A DNA stretch of 61,026 nucleotides, the filler included, from Antechinus flavipes (lineage: Eukaryota): assembly GCF_016432865.1 (NCBI RefSeq). It is 2 parts of 2 records of this genome, joined end to end, with 100 filler letters (N's around TTAATTAATTAA, not from the genome) between each part and the next. Parts side by side here need not be neighbours in the genome. Positions count along the whole stretch, not along the records: positions 1 to 28,962 come from NC_067401.1; 1 more part is not named here. One strand, 5' to 3'. The position numbers were made by a program, and so were the translations under genes. Of this stretch, positions 1 through 14,269 are shown piece by piece. Numbering within the stretch: position 1 is the stretch's first letter; the number at the start of each line of letters is the position of its first letter. The notes under the pieces were generated by a model. That model was not told the DNA's origin and ran no database searches. It worked only from the letters and a program-made list of their open reading frames with translations.

Positions 1-385
1 TTTTGCCATCTCTGTTCCAGTGTCTCTCAGGTATGGATTATACAGGACCGACATAGCCCAGCCTCAGACAGACTTTCAAGGATCCATCTCAATCTCCAAT
101 AAAAAAAGGACTAGCTGGCTCCTAACACGGAGCATTCTAATTTACAAGTTCATCGCATTAAAATGAGATGACGTCCAATTTGATTTGTGGTTGTTTGGAA
201 AATCACATATTTATTATTCATTGTTGGCAGTATGATGAGTCCCTTTATTCTTCAGTAGGCCTGGCTTCAGAATATCTTAATCCGGCTCTCAATGGAATAA
301 TCACGTTTAAAAGGTGCCAGACGCCTTCCTTTGCATTCATGCCAACCAAAAATCTTTTTTGCCAGCCTTTATTCCCCAAATCTGA

Positions 386-781
<396 letters not shown>

Positions 782-2226
782 TGAGGATTCAAGAGAGACC
801 CTGCCCTCACACAGAGGGAAGACTGAAAATGATGATTCACGGGCAGGTGACTTTTGAGCTAGTCAGCCATCAAAGTAGGAAGGACCCTGTTCAAGACGGA
901 GCAATCTATGTTAAGCAGACTTAGTACAGCCTTTATGATGTCAGGTCATTGGACAGGGTTTCAAGGTTGCTGGACACAGCTATTTCCTTTCCCAATGAAA
1001 ACAAATGTAATGGAACTGAATCCTTTAAAATGGAGTTACAATCTACTCCACCCCCATCCACACTATAACGGTTTAATGAATCCAGGTTTTACAGGTTTCT
1101 CCCTATAATAGCATGTTTCCTCCCTCCCAGAATGCCCTCTGGGAGGAGACCTGCTGGTTTCATCAGTCGCAGTTTGCTGCTTTAAAAATGCTAAAAGAGA
1201 CAACTGCACAAGGGAGTAGTTCTATCACCATCACTTCCAGCAATTCCTTTCCTGGCTCAGCAAAATGGGGACCATGTCACCTAGGGTCAAAGGAGGTCCT
1301 CCCAATATGGCGCAGTGGAATTAGATAACTTGAGTTCTACCCCTGTCTCCCTGACTTACTGTCAGTGATATCTTGAGAAAGTTGAGGTACTGCCTCAGTT
1401 TCCATACTTGTAAAATGAGACAGTTAGCCTAGACAACCATTTACAGAATGTTCCATTTCTAAATCTATAATGCTATGATCTCCCCTGAACCAGAATTAGT
1501 AACAGAAGGTGTGAAGATGTAATGGGTGCATCAATAATCCAGGTGATCCAAAAACAGCTTTTTTTAAAGGTCCCAAAACACGGTGTAGTCACCTGCTTTG
1601 GCAAGGAAAGAGCAGTCACCCCCCAGTGAACCCCAGAACTGGATCAGCCCCAAGTGCCAACTCCTTGCTACCTTCCAGGGGCGTCTTTTGGGTTGTGTGT
1701 GCTATGGGCTCCCGTACCAGTTCTATCCCCTGTATGGTTTCAGAGGACAAAGTGATGAACTAATGTGATGTCTCAGAGCTTGGCTGGGGCAGTCCTGAAT
1801 TAATGTCATCTCTGGGCCCCTTCCCCCAAGTCCCATACTTCCAGACACCATTTAGCCCAACTTAAGCCAATTAATATCTTACACACCCCAGGGACCTTAT
1901 TGCCAAACTCTCCATATGGCCCTTCCATTGCCTAATTTGACTTTCAGCCAGCTCCTTTGCCTATAAGCCTATATCCTTTTCTTTGCTGATAAGAAGTAGA
2001 GAACCTGTAGTCTCAAGTCCTGAGCCTACCCACTCAGTCCTATGCCCACAAGATATTAAAGACTGTGCCCCCGGAGACCACAGCCAGCAAAGCCAAATGC
2101 CTATTCATCTGTTCCCATCTCCCCCCGTCCACACCCACACCCTAAATCTACCACAACCAACCTCCCCCCTCAACAGTCTGTGCAGCCCCAAAACACAGAC
2201 ATTTTTACTTTTCCAAGGCAGTATAA

Positions 2227-2520
<294 letters not shown>

Positions 2521-5500
2521 TAAGCCCCTTAGGAGGGACGGGGCAGAGAGAACTAGCCTGCCCTGTGCCGGGGAAGAACCCAGGGTTGGCAGGGGCCAGA
2601 AAGTAGAAAGGCAGAGGGAAGACGGGAGGTGGGGGATTGTCATTCTCAGCTCTAGCTCAGTAATTCAAAGCCCAGCAAACAAATAGCATCCATATGCTGG
2701 GAAAAATAAGCATGTTCCCAGCAGCTTTCTCCTCCAGGACTTTGCTGCTGCCTTGAACCTTGGGCACTGAGGCTGGTATCTCTACTCGGCTCTTTCACCA
2801 GGAAAGTTCTCCCTCCCAACCCCCAATGCCTAGATCATTTATTCTACAGCAGACAGAGGAAGGTGGGGGGGAGACGGTCATTACTGCTGATTCAGAAGTA
2901 CAGTGATTATGGAGAGCTGTGCTGGAGAGATGGGTCTCGTCTTCCTCCATCCTGTAACTGGGAAAGTTTAAAGTCTACCAGCAGAATTACAAAGTCAGGA
3001 CAGTTTGGGAAATGATATCCAGCATTTGACATCTGAACCCAAGTTACCTCTTAAAGACAATGATGGCTGTAGCTGAAACCAGATCTGCCAAATCTGGAAA
3101 AGCTGACCCGTTCAGGACGGGGCTGGGAGAGCTGACACCCACTGCGGGCTGGAGCCAGCTGTTCTCAGGCATTTCATTTCAAACCTAATCTCTTAAGATC
3201 AAGTTATTACCCCCGGCGCCAGAGCATCCCAGGAGCAGCAGGTGGGATGGCCCTCGGACGTGACTCTTCCCAAAGGTGATAACAAGCAGCCAATGCTAGC
3301 AACCGGAGAGGAATTTCCCAGTGTCCCTTGGCACATAACTGAGAATTTGGACTTTTATTCTCTGGGGCCTTGAAGAAGGGATAATGGCTGGAGTGGAGGC
3401 GGAGCTGGGGAAAACACTTAGGTCAGACAAAGCCTGGCTAAGAGCCAGAACGGAAATCTTCTCCCAGAAAAGAGCAAGAAGAACAGTGCTGGCTGCCAGA
3501 GGAGAGATGCATCCTGACCCACATGGTGAGCAGGCAGCACAAACAGCTGTCTCTAGCTCGCATTCCTGCTCGGAAACAGCGAGTGCAGATGTGCTGAGCT
3601 GGTATTTGAGGATCATCGGACCTGGAAAACACCAGGCTCTTTGGAAAGGGAACCAGGGCAAAACCAAACACCCCTCCTCACCAAGAGTCCAATTCTACTC
3701 ACTTTGTGCTTGTAGTGCATCTGAATTCTGCAGTTCTGAAGAAAAATAAGGATAATGATAGTACCTACCCCAAAAAGTTATTGTGAAGATCAAATGAAAT
3801 ATTTATAAAGTGTTTTGCAAACCTTATTAAATGATCTAGCAAAAAGAGGGTTAGTTTTAGAGATAGGAAGACCTGGATTCAAATTCTGGCCTTGCCACTC
3901 AATATCTATATGATCTTAGACACTTGACTTTTCCTGAGTTTCAGTAAAACTGATAGTGGAATGAACTAGATGACAAAAGTCCTTTCTATCTATAAATCTC
4001 TCTTGTAATTTTGGCTCTATCTTCCTTCATTGTGTGCTCCCTTTGTTTCCCAGAACCCCTCCCCAAGAAGGAGGGGAAGGGAGCACAGAGATAGGACATG
4101 GGACGGATATCTGTTTCATTTGTTCTGCATAATGTCTAACTCAGTCCAACCCCATTTAGGCATGGGCACTGACCTTGGGGAGATAAAAAAATGGGCTCAG
4201 GTTCTCAGCTCTCTTGTTAGCTTAGCACTCACCCCTTTTTGTACCCCAGATTCACTTTAGCAAAGATAAACACAGCCCCTGAGTTAAGCTCTAGAGGGTC
4301 TCCTTGACCCTTTAATTCAGGCCTTGGGATTCTTAGCCTTGCTGTGCAGTCAGCATTTGCCCTGGAGGTTCCTAGGTGCTGAGAACAAAGATATTTCCCT
4401 AAATGGGATGGGAAACAGGAATTGCCCAGACTAGGAGAATCCCCTTCCCCTATTTCAACCTCATCCTTATCATAAGAGACTGAGATCATGATATCCTAAG
4501 GTAGCCCAGAGAGTAGAGCTGGGACATAGTAGAGGAGCATCTGAAGTGAGAAGGGGCGGGGGGGAGGGAAGGGAGGACTTCACTTATGGGCAGTGAAAAC
4601 AGAAGTGGGAAAGGGGGTAGAGGGTTATGAAGCAGAAATCCCTCTGAGACCAGCCAGAGGTGACTTGGAGCCAAAGGAGCTGAATGATGGAGGAGATGTC
4701 AATGAATAAGGTGGTGGTAGATCTTTAGCAAAGTCTGAAAACTGAGTAGTGGTTAAAGAATTAAACTCAGAGTATTGACTAATCAACAGATGGGGAAAAG
4801 GATAAGTCAAGTGATTTGGCTACCCAGAGAGTAAGGAACAAAGTGGGATTTGAACACAGGTCTGATCCATTCATTATTCTTTCTACTCTACCACATTGTT
4901 TCTCAAAAAGATTCTGAAGGATTAGGACTCTAATGGTGCAGCTGGAGATGGAAAATCACAGCCTGGAAAATGATGAGAAAGCAGCAGCTGTTTGGGGATT
5001 TTGGAAGGGGGTGGACTGCATTTGTCCTTTACGCCATGGCCAAAGAAGCAGAGAATAATCATCTCCCCTGATTAAATCCTCCTTTGGGGAGGAAATCCCT
5101 TCACATCTGACAAGCTCCTCTGGGGACAGAGAGCAGCCCCCAACCTGTAGCAAGTCATTCTCTGACATGCGGGCCACACAACAGTCCCTTCCCCCAAGCT
5201 CTCTCCACGACTACCCGCAGCCTGGACACTTGAATGAACTGGTGTTTTCAGGAGGAGGAGACTTGATGAAAGGACTCCCTGGGGAACCCATTCCTCTAGC
5301 CTGAATTCCGCCTTAGCCCAGCCAGGCCAGCTCTGGGAAATGATGCTGGGAGCGGAGGCCGAAGCTGACTGGGCGTGAATCCCAGGTGGAGGCCATTGTC
5401 CTTGCTCAGTGGAAGTGCCCAGGGCTCTCTGCAGTTGTCCTCCAGACAATGGCACTGGGCACTGTCGTGGGGTACAATATGCCCGACGGTTTTGTGTGAG

Positions 5501-6391
5501 ACTCCAAGAAAATAATGCTGCCTTCTGTTACCATTGAGAAATAAGCTTCCCTCGGAGCCCTGAGATCCTTAGAAATGCTTTCCAGAATAGAGAAGGGCTC
5601 TCCATCCAAAAGAGTTGGACTTTCATCTCTCCTAAAATGCCATCTCATTCTTGGAAGTATGGACACGTCCTAGAATCCAAGAGGTGTGAGCCATCCTGAT
5701 AAACAATGGACTCCATAGGGATTACTGTCCACCTGCCTATAGAGGATCTTAGAATGGTCAGTTTAGATCTAAAACATTACTTCAACCTCTATTTTACACA
5801 TAAGAAAACTGAGACACAGAGATATAATGTCCAACATCACAAAGAAACGAGACTTGGGATTTAAACCCAAGTGCTCCAAATCCAAATCTCTTTCCACTAT
5901 ACCACTTACACTCATTCATTCATCCACACATGAAAGCACTCAGGACCCTGTGTCCATCGTCCTGACCTACACATTAAATGTCTAAAGGAGGAGTCTTAGT
6001 AGAATGAAAGGCACATTGGACTGAATTGGAGAACTGGACTCACATCCATGCTCTGCTACTTATGTCCTCCGTGACCTTGGACAAGACAATGTCCTCAAGC
6101 CTCAGGTTCTTCATCAGCAAGAATTTAGGTTCAATGACCTTTATGCTTCCTTCTAGCTTGAAATCCTTTGACCTTGTGTTTATTCATCTTGAAGGGCTTT
6201 GGGCAGAAATGTCTCCTGCCTTCCCTCTGCCCCTATCTACTTCTTCCTAGGTGAATAACAATTCCTGCCGAATCATTGGTGCTGCATCTGAGGGTTCTTT
6301 ATATTTCATGGGAGGAAAATTGGGGTACTAAGCTAATGAGACTGGGGCTAGGTTCATGATTGAAAAAGACATTGATATTGGGTCTCTGTAA

Positions 6392-6850
<459 letters not shown>

Positions 6851-7003
6851 TGAGTTCCATGTTACAGGAAAAAAGATGCATTTGTCATTGTCACAATGAT
6901 GATTTTTGACCAGCCAGGAAGTTCCCAGGTAGACACCTAGACTCCTCCCAGGCCTTTCTAGTCACAGAGACTGAGCTAGAGAGTCAAAAAAAAAAAAAAA
7001 AAA

Positions 7004-7445
7004 AGTCAATTTAACAAGGACTTATTAAGTGCTTTCTATGCTAAGTGCTAAAGATAGAGAAAGGGAATGGCTGGGCGGGGAGGGCAGAGTAGAGCCTGCA
7101 TTCTAATGGGAGAGACAGCATATCAACAACTAGGTACATGCAAGATATAGCCAGACTACATGGAAGTTAATCTTTAGCAAAAGGCATTAAGGACCTCTCG
7201 TAGTAGGAGGGATTTGAATTGAGTTTTTAAGGAAATCAGGAAAGCTAAAAGATGAAGAGAGCAGAGGGAAGCATTCTTGGGGAACAACCAATCCAAAGGC
7301 AGAAATGGGAGAGGGACGGAATATTATGGTCAAGCTATAAGCAATAAGCTAATGTAATTGAATTATAGGGTGTGTGAGAGAAGACTGGAAAAGTGGGAAG
7401 GGACAGGGTGATAAAGAGCTTTGAATGCAAAACAAAGGCAGACAA
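7004..7445 (-). mobile_element. L2 LINE 3' fragment in PLXNA2 intron
   Basis: Reverse complement of the L2 tail (ttattaagtgc...ctaagtgct...ttctaatgggagagac). Confidence 0.65.
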
Positions 7446-7495
7446 TAGGAGAAAAGTGAATCGGAGTGCCTAGACCACCTTCCCCAGCTCCCTAA

Positions 7496-7684
<189 letters not shown>

Positions 7685-8279
7685 TGAGAGGGGAGACTGC
7701 CGTGAAGTGAGACGTGAACGATCTCATCCAATGAGTAAATCAATTTCATAGACGTTCATCGGGCACCTGCTCTGGGCAAGAGGCAGGAGATGTTTATTGA
7801 TCTGGATGCAGAAATTGGCCCATTTGCAAGTTGGCAGTTGAAAGTCATTTGATTAATATCACTTTTAACGCTGTTAACAAAATAGTGAGTTTTTTTTTTT
7901 ACTAATTTAATTATCTTATCTCAATAAAGTATTTTAAAATTAACATCTTTGCTTAAAAAAAAAAAAAACCCTGAGTGAGGCTCTTCTCTGCATTTGAGAG
8001 GATGCCAACTGTCAATTTGCAAATAGACAAGTGAACTCTAACTTCTACTCATGTGGCTTTGGGCATTTAACTTTCCTAGGCTTTGATTTCCCCTTCTTAC
8101 AAGAAGATAGAGAAATCAGAAGATTTTCTAAGATAGATATTTGTGATATATGAACAGATATAGAATTAAAAGAAATTTTAGATCTAGATCAATTCCCTCA
8201 TTTGATGGATAAAGAAACCAGGTGTAGGGAATTTGTGACTTGCCTATAGTCAGAGAAGTACTAAAAACAAGAGTGATTT

Positions 8280-8540
8280 GTTCCAACAGCCATGAAGGCA
8301 GTGGAAGCAGGCACTGGGGAGTGCTGAGGGCTTGGTCACAATGACACCAAGGTTATCCACGGCATCTTTAACCAGAGTCAGTCATCTTGACTTTTGTCTT
8401 GCCTGGACTCTGGAAGAAAGCGTGAGGCGGACTTTATGTAACTCTACCTCTCTTAAATCCAGTTCAGGCATGAGTCAAAACATAACCCCATGATGTCATT
8501 AGTCCTTTTCAAAAATGAAGGAGGAACAATAAGAAGAAGT
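8280..8540. mobile_element. Marsupial short interspersed repeat (MdoRep1-like)
   Basis: Carries catcttgacttttgtcttgcc...gatgtcatt(a/g)gtcct. Related copies lie at ~18620-18780 and, inverted, at ~55650-55770. Confidence 0.5.
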
Positions 8541-8637
8541 AAACATCAAAGGTGGAATTTCAACTCAAGCCCTTTGACTCTAGAGCCATTACTGTTTCTA
8601 TGCCCACCTCAAAACTCTTATAGAAACCTAGATTATA

Positions 8638-8911
8638 ATTTTTGCCTGCCTGTATTTTAGATTTCCTTCACAGGCTAACTGTATAATATTTCGGAGTCTG
8701 ATTCTTTTTGTACAGCAAAATAATGGTTTGGACATGTATACTTATTGTGTATTTAATTTATACTCCAATATATTTAGCATGTATTGGTCATCCTGCCATC
8801 TAGGGGAGGGGGTGGGGGAAAGAAGGGGAAAAGTGGAACAAAAAGTTTGGCAATTGTCAATGCTTTAAATTACCTATGCATATAACTTGCAAATAAAAAG
8901 CTATTTAAAAA

Positions 8912-8944
<33 letters not shown>
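8638..8944 (+). mobile_element. Young 5'-truncated L1 3' end with (GAAA)n tail
   Basis: Perfect 16-bp TSD agaaacctagattata at 8622-8637 and 8945-8960. G-rich tract and AATAAA at 8892-8897. Confidence 0.9.
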
Positions 8945-8947
<3 letters not shown>

Positions 8948-9097
8948 AACCTAGATTATATAGGATGCATAGGTAATAGGTTGTTTATTAAAAAGGTAAA
9001 ATAAAATTATTTTTAAATACATTATGATATGCTAAATGAATCTGTAGTAGTAGAAAAATTCTAGATCTTAGTATCTGAAAAGTTTCTTTTTCTGTAA

Positions 9098-9298
<201 letters not shown>

Positions 9299-12200
9299 GG
9301 GGCGGCTCCCAGCACATCTCTTGAGAAGAAACAGAAGGCGAGGAGGAAGACGAATCGGCCTTCAATTCTTTGAAACTGGGAAGCTGGAAGTAAAAGACTA
9401 GTGAAGGGAGTGCAGCTCCCATGGTTCAATGACCCCCACCTCTGGGGGGAGGGGAGAGCTGTACCCCTCCCCCAGCAAAAGCCGGGGCTCATCCTAGCCA
9501 GTTCCCAAATCATCGAACAGTAGGCATCGTGCATCCTCGGCAAGAACAAGAGAGAAATGGGGGCCAGGAGGTCGTTCTCAAAGCCAAGGGGCAGGAGCTG
9601 GGGACAGTTCTGCCTCTGTGACTGCTGCTTTGCATGAAAAAAAAAATCATTTAATGTATATTGGGAAATAATGAAAACTTTATTTAATTTTTTTAAGAAA
9701 AAGAGAAAAAAACACAGAAATAAAATAGACAAAAAGCCACTCTGCTAATCCCGTCCCACCTTTTTCTTTTTTCCAATCTGAATTTTTTCCCCCTTCTTTC
9801 TTATCCTCCCAAGCCCTCCTCCCTCACAAGATTCCTGCTCCCTTTTCAGTGACAATTCACAAGCAGATGACGATGGGAATCTTGGGAAAATAACTTGTTT
9901 CCTTTCCCTGGAAAGTGGAGAAATGGAGGCGAGGAAGGATGAGCACAAGTTTGCACCAAGCGTTTTTCACAGTCACAGAGGCCAGTCAAACTTGGAAATA
10001 TCCCAACAGTCGAGAGCTCATTGGTACTTCTATGTGAACTTCCAAACCATCAGATGAAACCAAACCTGCCTGGCTGGAAACCAAGCTTTACATACACACA
10101 CCTGTATATGATCATCTCCAGAGAGAAGTTTTGTCTTTACACAGTGTCTATGCTTTTTGCTACTGTTTGTTTCGGGTTTTGGTTTGTTTGGTTTTGTTTA
10201 TTTTTGTTTTGTGTCTGACCAATTGAGGATCTGATCTTCAATCCCTCCCTTTCGAACCAGGGAGCAGTGAGATGGGCATCTCTACATGACTCTCATTCAG
10301 ACACCAAACATCTCCATCTCACGTGTCTTTCTCCTGCCACGCTCTGCTTTGGGGAGACATTTCTATATCCTAGCATTTGGCTCAGGGGGGACACAGTCTA
10401 ACAGGGCTGTGATCAGAGACCGTGAGCATTAGAAAAAAGTTCAATGGGCCATGCAAGGGCTATAAAGGGACCAACTCTCCAGGCTGAATCTGGAACTTGA
10501 TTTGGGGAAATGGGTATTCAGGATTGGAATTCCACTCCAATTTCTTGCAGTAAAAAAATGCAAAAATAAACACTGTTTACAGCAGGTAATGCTTGAAGAG
10601 AGTTAGCTAAAGAAGCTGCAATATTTATTATTCTACTTTTTCAATTGTCTCAAGCTTTCAGAGAGAAGGAGAATGTTTGGTATTCATCTTTGGACATGTC
10701 CCTGGATGTGCAGGGTTGCCTCTGAGGGGATCAGACCAAATGGTTTGACTCCCAGAGAGTGCCAGTCTTTGTCACCTGTCATAGTGTGTCTGTCTCTGTT
10801 GCTGATTCTTGAATGGGGAGACCAGCACTTGCTCAGACCCTTCCTCCTTCTTTCGATCCACTAACGATGTTGGGTGACCAGCTTTCCTGAGTGCTGTTTT
10901 AACAAGAGACCAAAGCTTCATTTCTCTTGTCCAAATTACCCATAGAGGCTAGGAAGTTCCCCCAGATGTTGACATTAGCACCTTGGAAGTTGGCGGGAGT
11001 TGCTGATAATGGGGTACATTTGGTCTGAAAAGCCTAAGCTCTTTGCTAATTTAAATAGTCAGGATTGTATTCCCTGGAATTACCCTCTCTAGGAGGAGCA
11101 ACCAAAAGGGAGGGTAGGTGCCATAGAAGAAGGGAAAGAGAGGAAGAGAAGAGTGTCTTCTCCCTCTTCGCATCCCTTCAATTTGGGAAGAAGCCAGAAA
11201 TGAGGCTGCAACTCTTAGAGGTCCGAGCAGGCTGCCCCCAAGGCAGAATGGATTGCATCTTGTTTCCTATTTGTTTTAACTCAAATCATCCATCCCCCTC
11301 GCTATCCTGCTACATCTCCAGGAGGCCCCAGTTTTCAAAGCTTCCAGCAGCTGCACAATTCCCAAGGAAAATGGATGAAGGAGAGCTGGCTGCCAGCCTT
11401 CTTGACGTGTGTCTTTGGATTGCTGCACTAACCACACAGCAGACTCCCCTGATCTGTTCAGCTCCAGTTTCTTGCCTGAATGCAGCTGACAAAAGGGAAG
11501 AGAAAAGCATTCAGTGAAATACTCAGGAAACTTGCTGTTTAAATTATGATTCACAGCCAGGCCTGCCAAGTCCACTTTTCTTCTGATAATCCACTTCTGT
11601 TAAAGTTTCTCTGGGCCCTATTAATAGCTTGAAAGAAATACTAATGACCAACCTTGTGCAAGAAGCCAAAGCATTTGACATTCACAGATCCAAAGCTTAG
11701 TGACCCAGAGCCCGTGATTTACTGCAATGAGGGGGTGAGGGAGCCAAGGAGAGAGAAGAATTTAAGATGGAGATTTCCTGTTTCCAACAAAAGAAGCTAT
11801 TTCTGAATTCTTTATGCTCCCCATCCAGGTTTAGTTTGAATGGTGAGGTTCTGATGACCCCCCTTTCACAATGATTCCCCCTTACCACATTGCCTCTTAA
11901 AGCTTTGCAAGAGCTGGAGGCTGATGGCTAAGAGACTCTTAACCCACCTTCACCCACCAATGATACCCATCTTCCCCAGAGGACCCCACTGCTGCAGCCA
12001 TTGCTGACCTCCAAACCTAGAAGCAGAAGGTTCTACCATCAAGGTATTTTGAGAACTTACCTCATTTCAGGTACTTTCATTTGAGAATCAGTATGAGGGG
12101 AGGACTTGAAGGGGAGGCTGACTGGTGAGTTATGTGTGGAAGGAGCTAACCACATATAACTTAGCAGCCAAGAAAAAGAGAGTCAGTCCCAAAGAGTAAC

Positions 12201-14250
12201 TTTCCAGGAAGGATGTTGGGAAGGAATACTTAGCTGGATCCAAGCTAAGTCATGGAGCCATGAAGATTATGAGGTCCTAAATCCCCTTATGACCCCAAGG
12301 AGAATGGGGAAATACAAGGGTAAATTTATCCTCATTCATCCAGGAAACCTCTCCCAAATTAGAGGTTTTTGAGAGAAGTTGAACTTTGTGGAAGAGCGGC
12401 CCCAGTCTCACTCTGGACAGGGCTCTTCCACTTCATTCTGGGTCCCTTCCTCAATGGAACATTGGATTAGGAGAGAAAGAGAGGTCTGTTCAAGCTGTAT
12501 AAAAATGAGTCTTCTCAAACAAAGCCAGGAAAGCTCCCCAGTCACCAACCAGCTAACGCAACATAAAATGTACAGACCTCAGATATTGCCATCATAAGTC
12601 ATTTGGTGCTCTCGCTGGGAACAGGAGCTCCATGGACTGCTGGTTTCTGCTACTAAAAGAATGGGCATGAACCAGCTGCCTTGTCCATCTCTGTACTTCA
12701 ATGCTCCGACCTATGGAAAACAAGAATGATGTGGGCAAAGAGCCAGCAGGAGGAAGAAAAGAACTGGGAAAGAGCCCTGGAATCTCCCCCTTCAACAAAA
12801 GTTTCCACTACCTTGGATTGTTCCAAGGTTCCCTTGTTGCTTGAGGCTTTGACCTTCACCAGCTCTTCTCAAGGATGAGGTGAAATACTAACAAAAGATA
12901 CCATAACTGCTGAGTCTACAGGGGGACGATAGATGGGTGTGTTCTACAGGACAGACTGAAACGGTCCAAGCAGAATAAATGGGGGACATTTGAAAAGCCA
13001 TGGCAGATAAATCTCCAGGTGCATTTCAGCATCACACCTGGCCCCATTAACCTGTTATCAGTAAATATCAAGTAAGCAGCTGCACTCTGGAGATGGACAT
13101 TGTGTCCTTTCTACCCGTAGTAAATCTGTAGCAAGAATTCTCTTCCCTAAATTGTGGAAAGCTTGCTCTGGGAGAAATGAAAGTTAAAGTCAAAGGTCAA
13201 TGTGGAAGAAAAGAATCGGAATGGATTGTTCTGTCCAAGATTCTGGGAAGGAAACAGCACATCACTAAGGTTCTAGACTGAAATGGGACTCTGCTGTGGT
13301 TAAGGGACTCTGGACAATACTCTCAGGAACATCTGTGATGGCATCTTCACTACTCCAAAGTCTCTTTTCTTACCATCTCCTATCCCTCCCCAAAGACTAC
13401 ATATTTGAAATCAAGGGCTGGAAGCATCACTGGATGCAGGGATGTGCTTTTAATCTCAGTTCATCCAAAGCCAGTGCTGGAAGATACCCTGAGAGGTTAA
13501 CATAACCTTTCCCCTACCTCCAGGAAGGATTCCCCTAAACCATCACAGACAGATTGGCTATTTTGCTTGTTTCTGGAGACTCAATGAAGGTGATTGATTC
13601 CATGATTATCGCAAGTCATGTGTGACCCATATTGTGCCCCAGCCCTCTCCTTCAGGAAGGTTTTATTCATGTCTCATCTAAACAGGCTGTGATGTAAGTC
13701 TCGTTCCCTCTTGTTCTGTTCCCTATAAAGATAGAGAGCAGCAGAATTTAAGTCAGGTTCTTGATTTTCACCTCCTTCTCTGTCAAAGTTATGTTCAAGG
13801 TGGAGGTTGAAATGGGAAAGAGTCAGGAAGATGGGGAGAAGTGTCTTAGGTGTGTCTTAAAGAAACTCTCCTTACACCAAATGGGGATAGAGTCTCAAAG
13901 TCTTTGCTTACCCCATCATCTGGATCCCATTTCCTCAGCATACCTGCCTCTCTCCTCTTTTTTCTCCCTTAACTCCTCTTTCTTGACACACTGGAATTCT
14001 GTATTATATTTTTTTTATGAGAAGAAAACAGTGTTTGTCTGGTTTTGTTGTTTTTACAGGTGTTGTGGAAAAAACTGTAAGAAAATTTAAGTATTTAAAA
14101 TGTTTCAAGAAAAAACTGGGAATTTTTTTGTTATTATTCTAATATATTATTGTGTACCTATTGTAAATATGAAACGCTCCTATTTTGCAAGCCAAGGACA
14201 CACTTTGTACTGTTGTTATATATAAATAAAGTTTACTGGATAAAAAAAAA
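9299..14250 (+). other. PLXNA2: PLXNA2 3'UTR (~5 kb)
   Basis: Follows the stop codon, has no recognisable interspersed repeats, and ends in an AU-rich block with UGUA elements and AATAAA. MIR/L2 repeats resume at ~14.27 kb. Confidence 0.75.
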
Positions 14251-14264
14251 AAATCTGGAATAAA
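14225..14264 (+). terminator. Distal polyadenylation signals of PLXNA2
   Basis: AATAAA at 14225-14230 and 14259-14264, with upstream TGTA motifs between 14154 and 14212. Confidence 0.7.
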
Positions 14265-14269
14265 ATGTC

